Positions 27,400 through 36,210 of a stretch of DNA of 64,000 nt are shown piece after piece. The notes below the pieces were generated by a model. The model was not told the DNA's origin. It searched no databases and worked only from the letters and a program-made list of their open reading frames with translations. Within the stretch, counting starts at the first letter, position 1; the number at the start of each line of letters is the position of its first letter. Position numbers and translations under genes: made by a program. Origin of the DNA: a phage; NCBI GenBank assembly GCA_018175075.1, contig GCA_018175075.1_4100.1. The stretch is one strand, 5' to 3'.

Positions 27400-28137
27400 T
27401 TAGACTGAATTGTTAGGATAATATCTCCCACGTCCCCATATTATTCGCACAGCACCACCACCAGCAGCCGTATAAGAAAAATTATCCCATATACTACCAC
27501 CACCACCATACATCTTACCAGCACCACCACTACCAGCACCACCATTATATGAACCATCGTATCTACCGCCAATACCATTAGCACCTTGAACAATGATACC
27601 AGTACCACCACCCGTACCAATGAACGAGGTATTATAGAATGCACCACCACCACCGCCGCCGCCAGCACCATTTTCACCAGTGATTGCATCTCCGTTACCA
27701 CCTTTACCAGTGTAGCCACCAGCACCACCACCAATGACTGCACCACCACTTACACCAGCGTTGCCCCCATTACCACCACCATCATTAATAGCGTTAGCAG
27801 CTTTCCCACCTAGTCCACCAACCCTATATTCACCAGTGAAGCTAACACATAGTTTTTCAGTTCCACGATATAAACCGTTTTCAACTGCTGTAGTAGTGTT
27901 GGGATGTGTAAGAGAAACACTTAAGTACTCACCACTAGTAACCGGAATATTATTACGCCACGATAAGCCGCCACCAGCACCACGTTGACCACCCGGCGAA
28001 ATAACACATACTGATATTTCGGTAACGCCAGCAGGAACTGTAAATTGTGTTGTTCCTATTGTCGTGATTAATTGTTCACCATGTGGCTTATATTCAATTT
28101 TATTCCCGTACTTAACCATTCTTCCAAAAGGTAACAT
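27400..28137 (-). CDS. glycine-rich (Gly_rich-type) protein with the same MLPF leader
   Basis: MLPFGRMVKYGN; FTVPAGVTEISVCVISPGGQRGAGGG then GGxGG tracts; no RCC1 motifs. Confidence 0.75.
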   Translation of the reverse strand: MLPFGRMVKYGNKIEYKPHGEQLITTIGTTQFTVPAGVTEISVCVISPGGQRGAGGGLSWRNNIPVTSGEYLSVSLTHPNTTTAVENGLYRGTEKLCVSFTGEYRVGGLGGKAANAINDGGGNGGNAGVSGGAVIGGGAGGYTGKGGNGDAITGENGAGGGGGGGAFYNTSFIGTGGGTGIIVQGANGIGGRYDGSYNGGAGSGGAGKMYGGGGSIWDNFSYTAAGGGAVRIIWGRGRYYPNNSV

Positions 28138-28210
28138 AATTCCCTCCTTTATTCATTATAATATATTTAATACAAAAAAGAAAAGCCAGTACTCTGTACT
28201 GGCTTTTACA
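28138..28210 (-). promoter_or_regulatory. RCC1-array cassette: hairpin + promoter + SD
   Basis: same ~70-bp cassette. Confidence 0.6.
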
Positions 28211-29401
28211 TTACAATTGTCTAGGTGTATCCAGTACATATCTATTTGTACGAGGACCACCATCATCATGCGTTCCGGTTGAATATATATTTTTCATATC
28301 AGCAGTTAGGAAAGTACGATACGAACCGCGATATATTTTAATTTTATCATACATAGAATATGTTATTCCTGACGGCAATGGACATGCAGTAAATTTACCA
28401 ATGGTAACATTAGAACCAACACCTAATGTACCAGCATAACCACTCGCATTTAAACCAGTTGCATATACACCTGTACTCGTAACTAGTATACTAGATTGTG
28501 ATGCATATCCAGTATGGATTGAATAATAAGTTCCTGATGGTAATGTAGTACTATTATTCCCTAATACTGCTAGTGCTGTACTATTCGTAGTGTTATTACC
28601 CCATGCCCCATTATTAGCTAATCCACCAACTAGAAACTGACGTGCTCCTGTATTTGGATTCTCCACTAAAGCACTGACAGCACCAAATGAACAAACAGTA
28701 TATTGTAATGTTTTTGTATATGTGGTACTTGGCTTATACAAAGTATATTCATTAAATGGTGTCCATGTGGTACTAGTACTTATGCCAGATGTACTACCAC
28801 CAATATATAAATTATTTTGTGTATCAAAAAACATTGCACAGTAATTTGTTGACTGTATTTGTGCAATATCTACATCTGGTGTTACCGCTTTAACAAATGA
28901 ACCATCTGATATTTGATAAGTAGTTCCTGTACCATCTGCGAATTGTCTAGCACTATTCCACCCTGTACTCCATATTGTATTATTATCCATTAAGAAAGTA
29001 AACCACGTAGTACCTGCATACATCTGTTTAATTGAAGTACTTGAACTTTGTGTGTACAAATTTTCAATATATTGGTTATAACTTAAAAATGATGTAGTAC
29101 TAGTTTCTAAACCAATATGACTACCATATCCACAATAAAAATAATTTAAGTCATTATCTTGTACTAACAAAGTTCCTTGTGTCATCCAGCAATCTTTGAC
29201 ATTTTCTCTAATTAATGTCCACGACCTTACTGCATTATTATTTCCTCTACCAAACTTCCCATAACTATTACTGCCTCGTGCGTATAGTTGACCGTCGGTA
29301 TAAAGTACAACAACCTCAGTATCAGTTGGTATTATTTTCTTAATTTGTAGTGGTACAGGCACAATATTCCCATAATTCATCATTCTTGCAAAAGGTAACA
29401 T
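28211..29401 (-). CDS. RCC1-like beta-propeller protein with MLPF leader
   Basis: MLPFARMMNYGNI; SNSYGKFGRGNN, GYAGTLGVGS. Confidence 0.8.
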   Translation of the reverse strand: MLPFARMMNYGNIVPVPLQIKKIIPTDTEVVVLYTDGQLYARGSNSYGKFGRGNNNAVRSWTLIRENVKDCWMTQGTLLVQDNDLNYFYCGYGSHIGLETSTTSFLSYNQYIENLYTQSSSTSIKQMYAGTTWFTFLMDNNTIWSTGWNSARQFADGTGTTYQISDGSFVKAVTPDVDIAQIQSTNYCAMFFDTQNNLYIGGSTSGISTSTTWTPFNEYTLYKPSTTYTKTLQYTVCSFGAVSALVENPNTGARQFLVGGLANNGAWGNNTTNSTALAVLGNNSTTLPSGTYYSIHTGYASQSSILVTSTGVYATGLNASGYAGTLGVGSNVTIGKFTACPLPSGITYSMYDKIKIYRGSYRTFLTADMKNIYSTGTHDDGGPRTNRYVLDTPRQL

Positions 29402-29472
29402 AATTCCCCTCCTTATTCATTATACTATATTTAATACAAATAAGAAAGCCAGTATCAAGTACTGGCCTATAT
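29402..29472 (-). promoter_or_regulatory. RCC1-array cassette: hairpin + promoter + SD
   Basis: same ~70-bp cassette. Confidence 0.6.
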
Positions 29473-30642
29473 TTAAACTGGCGAATCTAATATAAATTCT
29501 AAACTACTAATGCCACCATATGTGACATCTGTTCCCGTGCTATATACAAAATTACCATCAGTTATATAAGTTCGGTTATAACTACCTGCCATCTGTGACT
29601 TACTATAATCAAACCCATCAGGTACGATTGCTTTGGTATATACTAATGCATTAGTAGATGTACCAATACCTAACATACCAGCTTGTGTAGATTGATTGTA
29701 GCCGCAACAATATATACCATCTGTTGTAGCAATAACTTGGTTATAATATGAAGTATTGTTAGCAATGCTTACTACATCACCAGGTGGCATTAGTGATGCT
29801 GTTTGTACCTCAAATGCTCTATAATCTTTGAGAGAACCATCTTTCCCATCTGCTTGTGCACCAAATATTCTTGAACCACCATTTGCGATGATAGTTTTAC
29901 CAGTGGGATCAGTGCCTATTGCCATTGCCATTGAAGTACCATTATTCACATAGTACTTTATATTAATTGTATTACTTAAGCTGGTAGGAGCACCATAATA
30001 TATATTATATAACTTACTTCCTGAACTTGTAACTGCATTGACTCTTCCTGTATAAAATAACCATCCTTGGTTTGTAACATAACCGTGCATTAAATTACTT
30101 GCAAACAATTTAACAGGTAATTGATTTGCTGCGGTAGGAACAGTACTTTTGACGAATCTACCAGAAACATGGTTAATTGTTGTCCCATCACCCAACTGAC
30201 CATCCGACCCTACTCCAGTACTCCATATTGTTTGGTCTGATAGTAACACACTTGTAGTCTGATAACTAACGGCTATATCTAATATTGGTAATGTTAATGT
30301 ATTGAATATAGGCATAGCAGATGTCCATATTGATACTCCTGACCCTTTCATACCAACAGTTGTTGAACTTCCACTGTACCATATTTCATTATTGCTTTTC
30401 TTAACAACTATCGACGTGGCACCCATCCAAAAATCTTCAACACCAGAAGTACTAAAAGTCCATGTAGTAACAGTATTTTTGTGACCTAAACCCAAAATAC
30501 CATATGCATTATCACCACGCACATATAAATCACCACTGTTTGTTAAAACAGCAACATTATAGTTGTTAGCAAGTATTTTTTTAATATTTGGTTTATCAGG
30601 TGCAATATTCCCGTACTTAAACATCCTCGCAAAAGGTAACAT
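29473..30642 (-). CDS. RCC1-like beta-propeller protein with MLPF leader
   Basis: MLPFARMFKYGNI; DNAYGILGLGH, GSDGQLGDGT, TQAGMLGIGT. Confidence 0.8.
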   Translation of the reverse strand: MLPFARMFKYGNIAPDKPNIKKILANNYNVAVLTNSGDLYVRGDNAYGILGLGHKNTVTTWTFSTSGVEDFWMGATSIVVKKSNNEIWYSGSSTTVGMKGSGVSIWTSAMPIFNTLTLPILDIAVSYQTTSVLLSDQTIWSTGVGSDGQLGDGTTINHVSGRFVKSTVPTAANQLPVKLFASNLMHGYVTNQGWLFYTGRVNAVTSSGSKLYNIYYGAPTSLSNTINIKYYVNNGTSMAMAIGTDPTGKTIIANGGSRIFGAQADGKDGSLKDYRAFEVQTASLMPPGDVVSIANNTSYYNQVIATTDGIYCCGYNQSTQAGMLGIGTSTNALVYTKAIVPDGFDYSKSQMAGSYNRTYITDGNFVYSTGTDVTYGGISSLEFILDSPV

Positions 30643-30711
30643 ATTTCCTCCTTATTCATTATACTATATTTAATACAAATAAGAATGCCAGTATCAAGTA
30701 CTGGCATTATG
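30643..30711 (-). promoter_or_regulatory. RCC1-array cassette: hairpin + promoter + SD
   Basis: same ~70-bp cassette. Confidence 0.6.
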
Positions 30712-31821
30712 TTATTTTGGTAAATCAATTTTAGTAAAGACTGCAACATCTGCACTTGCACCTGGAATGGCGTAATACGATCCAGTACTATATACATTCC
30801 CGTCTTTGGTTAATAATGATGTTAATCCGTCACTAAAAGCAACATCACTAATCTCACTAACTTCTACAGGTAATTGTAAATTAGCAGCACTATAGATAGC
30901 ACCCGTTTGAGAATTGTTTAATCCCAAACCACGGTTTCCCCCAATACCTTTCTGATATGCACTAGTTAATATAATTTGCGTAGCCGTGCTTGTTGCCTCT
31001 GAATTTGTCATAAACAAAGGTGAATTATTAGGTAAAGTACTTACAGGAACTGCTTTGAATGTAGTTGAATCTGAACTAAGAAAGTTTGGAGTTGTACCAC
31101 ATGTGAAATATGATGTACCATTATAGTAATTGAGTGTATGTCCACCAATAGCTGCATCTATTACACCAGAACTACGCAGTCCCCAAATGTTAACTTGTGT
31201 TCTGTTCCCTGTGCCATGTAATCCACGGTCATTCCACCCTGAACTATATAACTTATTATCTATGCTAATATACATACTATCATTAGGAGTAGACATAACT
31301 TTACGCACATTAGAAGCACATAGTGTTAATGTATATATTGATGAAGAACCAATCCCCAATACACCACGGTATCCATTAGCCCCAGCACCATAGAGTACTG
31401 AACTTGAACTTAGTACAAATATTACACCACTATTGCATACAATATTAGCAATTTGATTCACTGGTATTGTATTTGTAAACCACTCGGTTCTATCAACTAA
31501 TGTAGTACTGTAAGAAGTAGTTGTAGAAGATGTGAACCAGTACGTTTGACCTGATGTCCATATCGTATTATCATTTTTAATAATAACAAGTGTTCGTCCT
31601 CCAGTGAAAAAATTAGAAACATCTGCACTTACTAATATCCATGAAGATACCGTGTTGGTATTACCATTTCCAGATTCACCACCTTGATTTCTGCCTATGT
31701 AATACAATTCATGTGAATCAGTCAATACGAATTGACCTTGAGTAGAAGCACCAACTTTAATTATATTTTTAGGACCAGAGGTAATATTCCCATAATCAAA
31801 TAGTCTTACAAAAGGTAACAT
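30712..31821 (-). CDS. RCC1-like beta-propeller protein with MLPF leader
   Basis: start at MLPFVRLFDYGNI behind GGAGGG; RNQGGESGNGNT, NGYRGVLGIGS. Confidence 0.8.
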   Translation of the reverse strand: MLPFVRLFDYGNITSGPKNIIKVGASTQGQFVLTDSHELYYIGRNQGGESGNGNTNTVSSWILVSADVSNFFTGGRTLVIIKNDNTIWTSGQTYWFTSSTTTSYSTTLVDRTEWFTNTIPVNQIANIVCNSGVIFVLSSSSVLYGAGANGYRGVLGIGSSSIYTLTLCASNVRKVMSTPNDSMYISIDNKLYSSGWNDRGLHGTGNRTQVNIWGLRSSGVIDAAIGGHTLNYYNGTSYFTCGTTPNFLSSDSTTFKAVPVSTLPNNSPLFMTNSEATSTATQIILTSAYQKGIGGNRGLGLNNSQTGAIYSAANLQLPVEVSEISDVAFSDGLTSLLTKDGNVYSTGSYYAIPGASADVAVFTKIDLPK

Positions 31822-31829
31822 ATTCCCTC

Positions 31830-33032
31830 CTATTGTTGCCATAACTGCGTTGGCATTAATGTTAGTGTAGTAATACTATAAGTGCCATCAGGCAATCTAC
31901 CACCATTACCATTCCAGCCACCACATGCATATAATTTATAATCTTTAGTAATTATTATGGTTCTGCTCCAATCTTTAGATGCCATAAGAACATTGTCATA
32001 ACCACCACTTATTGCACTAAGATTAAAAATAGCCCAAGTCTTAACTAATGTATTAGTTCCATTACCTTCTTGACCATATGAGTTAGGACCACTACTTCTA
32101 ACATATGGTGCGTATTGTGCCATAGGTGAACCAATTGATGCATTTCCCATATTACTTGGACAAATAAAATTACTGTACTTACTTACATCAACCGTGACCG
32201 ATGTATTCCTAATTGGTGTTAGCTGATTTACTGATGTAGTCGTACCATTACCAGCTTGTCCAGTATTGTTAGACCCACTATAATATACAGGCCCACCAGT
32301 AGTAAACCACCAAGTAACATTGTATGTAGTACTAATATGTTCTACATTACTAATCACGAATTTGTTCAAATATACAACAGAACTACCACCACATCCACTT
32401 TCACCAAAGTTATCCTTACCACAAAACCATGCATCTTTATTTGATTTAATATAGTGCGTTCCTTGTAATGAACATGCCATATCTATAACTTCACCCATAT
32501 TAGTCATAACTGTTAGTGTAGGGATTGAATTTTGATTACCCGACCCACATTCACCATTAGTATTTTTTCCACACGCAATTACTCTACCATCTGTTAATAA
32601 TATTCTAGTACTTTCACCTATATATACACTCTTGATCATATTAGCCATTACGCCAATTTTATTAAATGAAGCAGTAACATCAGTCCATGTTCTCAAATAA
32701 CCACTAACAGGTGTTGCATCTCCATAATCAGAAAATGCACCCACCGACCCAGTGTAGTATATTTTATTATCCAAATCAACCATCAATGAACCATGAACAC
32801 CCAGCCAATAGGCTGCACAGTTACGTGCAAGTACAGTAAATGACGGAACTGCTGCTGAATTCCCAAGACCAAATTGAGACATGTTATTACTACCATAACC
32901 ATATAAAGTATTAGTTGGGCTATGTAGATACATACAGTTTGTATAATGTTGTTGTAAAACATCTGAGAACTCTATAGGTTCTGGCCCTGGTGCAATATTA
33001 CCGTACTTAACCATTCTAGCAAAAGGTAACAT
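31830..33032 (-). CDS. RCC1-like beta-propeller protein with MLPF leader
   Basis: MLPFARMVKYGNI; NNMSQFGLGN, NNTGQAGNGT, NSYGQEGNGT. Confidence 0.8.
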   Translation of the reverse strand: MLPFARMVKYGNIAPGPEPIEFSDVLQQHYTNCMYLHSPTNTLYGYGSNNMSQFGLGNSAAVPSFTVLARNCAAYWLGVHGSLMVDLDNKIYYTGSVGAFSDYGDATPVSGYLRTWTDVTASFNKIGVMANMIKSVYIGESTRILLTDGRVIACGKNTNGECGSGNQNSIPTLTVMTNMGEVIDMACSLQGTHYIKSNKDAWFCGKDNFGESGCGGSSVVYLNKFVISNVEHISTTYNVTWWFTTGGPVYYSGSNNTGQAGNGTTTSVNQLTPIRNTSVTVDVSKYSNFICPSNMGNASIGSPMAQYAPYVRSSGPNSYGQEGNGTNTLVKTWAIFNLSAISGGYDNVLMASKDWSRTIIITKDYKLYACGGWNGNGGRLPDGTYSITTLTLMPTQLWQQ

Positions 33033-33104
33033 ATTTCCCTCCTTTATTCATTATATTATATTTAATCAAAAATAAAAGCCAGTACTTGAGTACTGGCATA
33101 TCAA
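33033..33104 (-). promoter_or_regulatory. RCC1-array cassette: hairpin + promoter + SD
   Basis: same ~70-bp cassette. Confidence 0.6.
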
Positions 33105-34271
33105 TTACGAAAAACGTGGATCATCAAGAACAAACACGGTACTACTTGGACCACCTTGTGTGGTGACAGCACTAGTACTGTAAAGAAAGTTACCATCTGT
33201 CATATAAGTTCTACGATTCGTACAAATAACTCTTACTTTATTCATATCGATATCAGGATTAGGTAATGGACATGAAGTATACACTGATACATCAGTACTT
33301 GTTCCTATTCCCAGCGTACCTTCATTTGTGGTTGAACCGCTATTCAACCCACTAGCATATATACCACTGCTTGTAATAACAAAAGTGGCGTAGAATGGAG
33401 AACCTTCACCTATATTTAATTTAGTTCCAGGTGGTTGTCTTGCCGCAGCAACCGCACCATATGCTTTCCCACCAGATGTGGCAAGATTACCAAGAGCACC
33501 ATACTGTTGTTGTCCACCATTATACACTGTGTTAGTGCCATCACTGTTAGTGTGGATACCAATAGAATTATAGTTACTGTTGCTATATACTAAAGCGGCA
33601 TTAGAAGTAACTGTATTTCGTGTATATACTTTATATTGTTGGGTAAAATTACCACTAGTGGACGTACCCTGTACAGTTCCAGTGTAGTATATATATCCGT
33701 CTGTACCAATGAATGAGTGCATAACACTACCTGCAAAAATTTTTTCTGGAGTAACACCTGACGGTATTGTTGATTGTACAAATCTACCCACTACATTTGT
33801 TGTTGTATTATTTCCCAATTGACCGGAGTCACCATAACCACTTGACCATATGGTATTGTTCTCAAGAAGAACACTAATTGATAATCTTGATAAAGCTATT
33901 TCTTTAACATCACTTTCTAATGTATCAAAAAATGAAGTACAATTTGTCCAAGTGTTCACTACGCTAGAACTAACACCAATTTGTTTATTATCACCAGAAC
34001 TATAATAATTCCCATCATATGTTTGTATAAGTATAACAGAACCACCAACCCATACTTTATCAACTGAACCAAACGTTCTTGTCCATGTGGTAACTATATC
34101 CCCGCTATTATTACCCAATCCAAAGCAACCACTACTATCTACGCCTCGTACATATAAATCTCCTGAAGTCATCAGAACTGCACAGAATGATTGTGCACCT
34201 TTAACATCTTTAATTGGCTCTGGTTCAGGTGCAACATTTCCATAATCAAACATTCTAACAAAAGGTAACAT
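33105..34271 (-). CDS. RCC1-like beta-propeller protein with MLPF leader
   Basis: start at MLPFVRMFDYGNV; DSSGCFGLGNN, GDSGQLGNNT, NEGTLGIGT. Confidence 0.8.
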   Translation of the reverse strand: MLPFVRMFDYGNVAPEPEPIKDVKGAQSFCAVLMTSGDLYVRGVDSSGCFGLGNNSGDIVTTWTRTFGSVDKVWVGGSVILIQTYDGNYYSSGDNKQIGVSSSVVNTWTNCTSFFDTLESDVKEIALSRLSISVLLENNTIWSSGYGDSGQLGNNTTTNVVGRFVQSTIPSGVTPEKIFAGSVMHSFIGTDGYIYYTGTVQGTSTSGNFTQQYKVYTRNTVTSNAALVYSNSNYNSIGIHTNSDGTNTVYNGGQQQYGALGNLATSGGKAYGAVAAARQPPGTKLNIGEGSPFYATFVITSSGIYASGLNSGSTTNEGTLGIGTSTDVSVYTSCPLPNPDIDMNKVRVICTNRRTYMTDGNFLYSTSAVTTQGGPSSTVFVLDDPRFS

Positions 34272-34319
34272 ATTTCCTCCTTTATTCATTATATCATATT
34301 TACCCCATAAACAAAACCC

Positions 34320-34348
34320 TTGACAACCTTCCAGTACTGGTGTACTAT
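34320..34348 (+). promoter_or_regulatory. sigma70-type promoter of the small-gene array (divergent from RCC1 array)
   Basis: TTGACA-N17-TACTAT, CAGTACTGG in the spacer. Confidence 0.55.
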
Positions 34349-34373
34349 AGAAGGAATATAAGGAGAACTACAC

Positions 34374-34601
34374 ATGACAAATACTCTTAAGTACTACATT
34401 AATACTCTAAATGAACTAGAGTACGCGAAGTTTCTCGCGGATAGTTCGTGGCTAATTGAGCTAAAAAATTATAATAGTCCAGGATGCACCCTTATGATGA
34501 ACAATGCAATTGATACCCTCATTGTGAGTATTTTACACAGCAACATCTGCGGGGATAGAAACAAACAATTATCAAAAATCTTAGTACTGCTATCTATATG
34601 A
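34374..34601 (+). CDS. small protein, YY/LIYRY tandem family
   Basis: 75 aa; AAGGAG SD after the 34320 promoter; MTNTLKYYINTL... Confidence 0.6.
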   Translation: MTNTLKYYINTLNELEYAKFLADSSWLIELKNYNSPGCTLMMNNAIDTLIVSILHSNICGDRNKQLSKILVLLSI

Positions 34602-34801
34602 ATATCGAACAGTACTACATCGATGCACTACCAACAAAAGGTCTACGTGAAAGCCTACTGCATACACAAACTAATTTCAAACACCTCAAACGTAGCCCTA
34701 AACTCCTGAACTCGTACAGGAATAATAACATAAGAAATGCTTTACAAGGGGTAGAATGTATGCAATACTATTACATCCTTACCCTATTAATCGAGTACTA
34801 A
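34598..34801 (+). CDS. small protein, YY/LIYRY tandem family
   Basis: MNIEQYYIDALP...LTLLIEY; ATGA coupling. Confidence 0.6.
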   Translation: MNIEQYYIDALPTKGLRESLLHTQTNFKHLKRSPKLLNSYRNNNIRNALQGVECMQYYYILTLLIEY

Positions 34802-34802
34802 T

Positions 34803-35012
34803 ATGAATACTGAACATAAAGAATTCTACACCAAATACCTTAGCAACGAAGAACAATTGTTTCTAAGGAGTGTATCACCTGTAAGTACCAATACTCAATT
34901 CGGTAGAGATTGCTTTAATAATTGTATACGTAGTACTCTAGAAGCAATCGAATGCAATAACAAAAATATTATGTACTCAGGTTTAATAGGACTAATATAT
35001 TTCTATGAATAA
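34803..35012 (+). CDS. small protein, YY/LIYRY tandem family
   Basis: MNTEHKEFYTKYL...GLIYFYE; close paralog of 38188. Confidence 0.65.
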   Translation: MNTEHKEFYTKYLSNEEQLFLRSVSPVSTNTQFGRDCFNNCIRSTLEAIECNNKNIMYSGLIGLIYFYE

Positions 35013-35199
35013 TCATAAAGATTTCTATTGTAGTAAACTACCCAAACAAGAACAGCTATCATTCTCTTTAGCACCACCTATGAGAAAGGATAATCTGTAT
35101 TATAATTACGATTTCAGGATGGTGACACGTTATGCAATAGAACATCAGTTCCCTGAAACTAAGTACCGCTCTATCCTGAACCTCATCTTTAAGTTCTAA
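35005..35199 (+). CDS. small protein, YY/LIYRY tandem family
   Basis: MNNHKDFYCSKLP...; paralog of 38390. Confidence 0.6.
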   Translation: MNNHKDFYCSKLPKQEQLSFSLAPPMRKDNLYYNYDFRMVTRYAIEHQFPETKYRSILNLIFKF

Positions 35200-35251
35200 A
35201 AGGTACACCAGGGACCGAGTACTTTAATATAGTAAGGCTAATTACATTATA

Positions 35252-35437
35252 ATGAATCATATAAGCTACTACTACCAACAACTATCCGACAGAGACAAGT
35301 ACAGTCACAACTCCCATGTGTGGTACTACAAACGCGGCAGTATAAGAGACAAACAACATTACTTCTGTATTTCTATTAAAGAAGCACTGACAACTAAGTA
35401 CACGTACCGAGCAGTACTTAAACTTATTGAAATGTAA
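35252..35437 (+). CDS. small protein, YY/LIYRY family (VLKLI subgroup)
   Basis: MNHISYYYQQLSD...YRAVLKLIEM. Confidence 0.6.
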   Translation: MNHISYYYQQLSDRDKYSHNSHVWYYKRGSIRDKQHYFCISIKEALTTKYTYRAVLKLIEM

Positions 35438-35447
35438 AGAGAATACT

Positions 35448-35630
35448 ATGAACATTGAATTGTACTTAAGTAAATTACAGCCTGGCGATAGATTCATCTA
35501 CAATAAGTTCGAATTCAACTACAAGAACGGGAGCAACAAATATCGTCGAGGATACCTATATACAAGCACAAGAGATGCACAAAACGAAAAGTACACATAC
35601 AGAGAAGTACTTAAACTAATCTCTATTTGA
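35448..35630 (+). CDS. small protein, YY/LIYRY family (VLKLI subgroup)
   Basis: MNIELYLSKLQP...EKYTYREVLKLISI. Confidence 0.6.
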   Translation: MNIELYLSKLQPGDRFIYNKFEFNYKNGSNKYRRGYLYTSTRDAQNEKYTYREVLKLISI

Positions 35631-35638
35631 GGTAATAT

Positions 35639-35824
35639 ATGAATACATTTGAGTACTATACCAATAAACTATCTATGCCTGAAAGATCTCATCTCTATGT
35701 GTGGAGAAATGCGTATAAAAGCGGCAATAAACTTATACAAAGAAATTCCCTTACAGTGTGTACAAATTTAATTAAAGCAGAGTACCGCACATATATTGAA
35801 GTACTGAAACTAATCTCTATCTAA
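35639..35824 (+). CDS. small protein, YY/LIYRY family (VLKLI subgroup)
   Basis: MNTFEYYTNKLS...YIEVLKLISI; GAGG SD. Confidence 0.6.
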   Translation: MNTFEYYTNKLSMPERSHLYVWRNAYKSGNKLIQRNSLTVCTNLIKAEYRTYIEVLKLISI

Positions 35825-35832
35825 GGTACTCT

Positions 35833-36012
35833 ATGCAAGAATTCTATATCTATAAACTTCAGCACAAAGATAGATACAACTATAATAAATTCCAAAGGTA
35901 CTACACAGTCGGGAACAAAAGAGATAAAAAACGATACTTTCTATCATGTACAGTAGAAGCACAAAACGAAAAGTACACGTACAGAGAAGTACTGAAACTC
36001 ATCTCTATGTAA
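35833..36012 (+). CDS. small protein, YY/LIYRY family (VLKLI subgroup)
   Basis: 59 aa, below track cutoff: MQEFYIYKLQ...EKYTYREVLKLISM; AAGG SD. Confidence 0.55.
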   Translation: MQEFYIYKLQHKDRYNYNKFQRYYTVGNKRDKKRYFLSCTVEAQNEKYTYREVLKLISM

Positions 36013-36020
36013 GGAATAAT

Positions 36021-36200
36021 ATGCAAGAATACTATATAGAACACATAAGCATTAAAGACCGTTTCATGTACGACACCTTCGTGAAGTACTACAACCTGGC
36101 AACTAACAGTACTAAAAATATTAATCTCAATAGCTGCATTCATCACGCACTAACAAAAGATAATCCCTTCAGGGAAATCCTCGCACTAGCATCTGTATAA
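36021..36200 (+). CDS. small protein, YY/LIYRY family (VLKLI subgroup)
   Basis: MQEYYIEHISIK...FREILALASV; AAGGA SD. Confidence 0.6.
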   Translation: MQEYYIEHISIKDRFMYDTFVKYYNLATNSTKNINLNSCIHHALTKDNPFREILALASV

Positions 36201-36210
36201 AGGAAACCAA

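Noticed and set aside
27400-28137. Glycine-rich gene as a collagen-like or simple low-complexity artefact
   Set aside because: There is no Gly-X-Y periodicity. It has the conserved leader, SD and cassette, and an ordered N-terminal domain (FTVPAGVTEISV..), so it is treated as a real gene.
20830-33781. Plus-strand and alternative-frame ORFs inside the RCC1 array (23268..23570, 24015..24303, 25433..26185, 27441..27988, 30302..30484, 31130..31393, 32256..32444)
   Set aside because: These are shadows of long minus-strand genes with clear repeat motifs. The 27.4-28.0 kb ones are products of the Gly codon repeats read in other frames.
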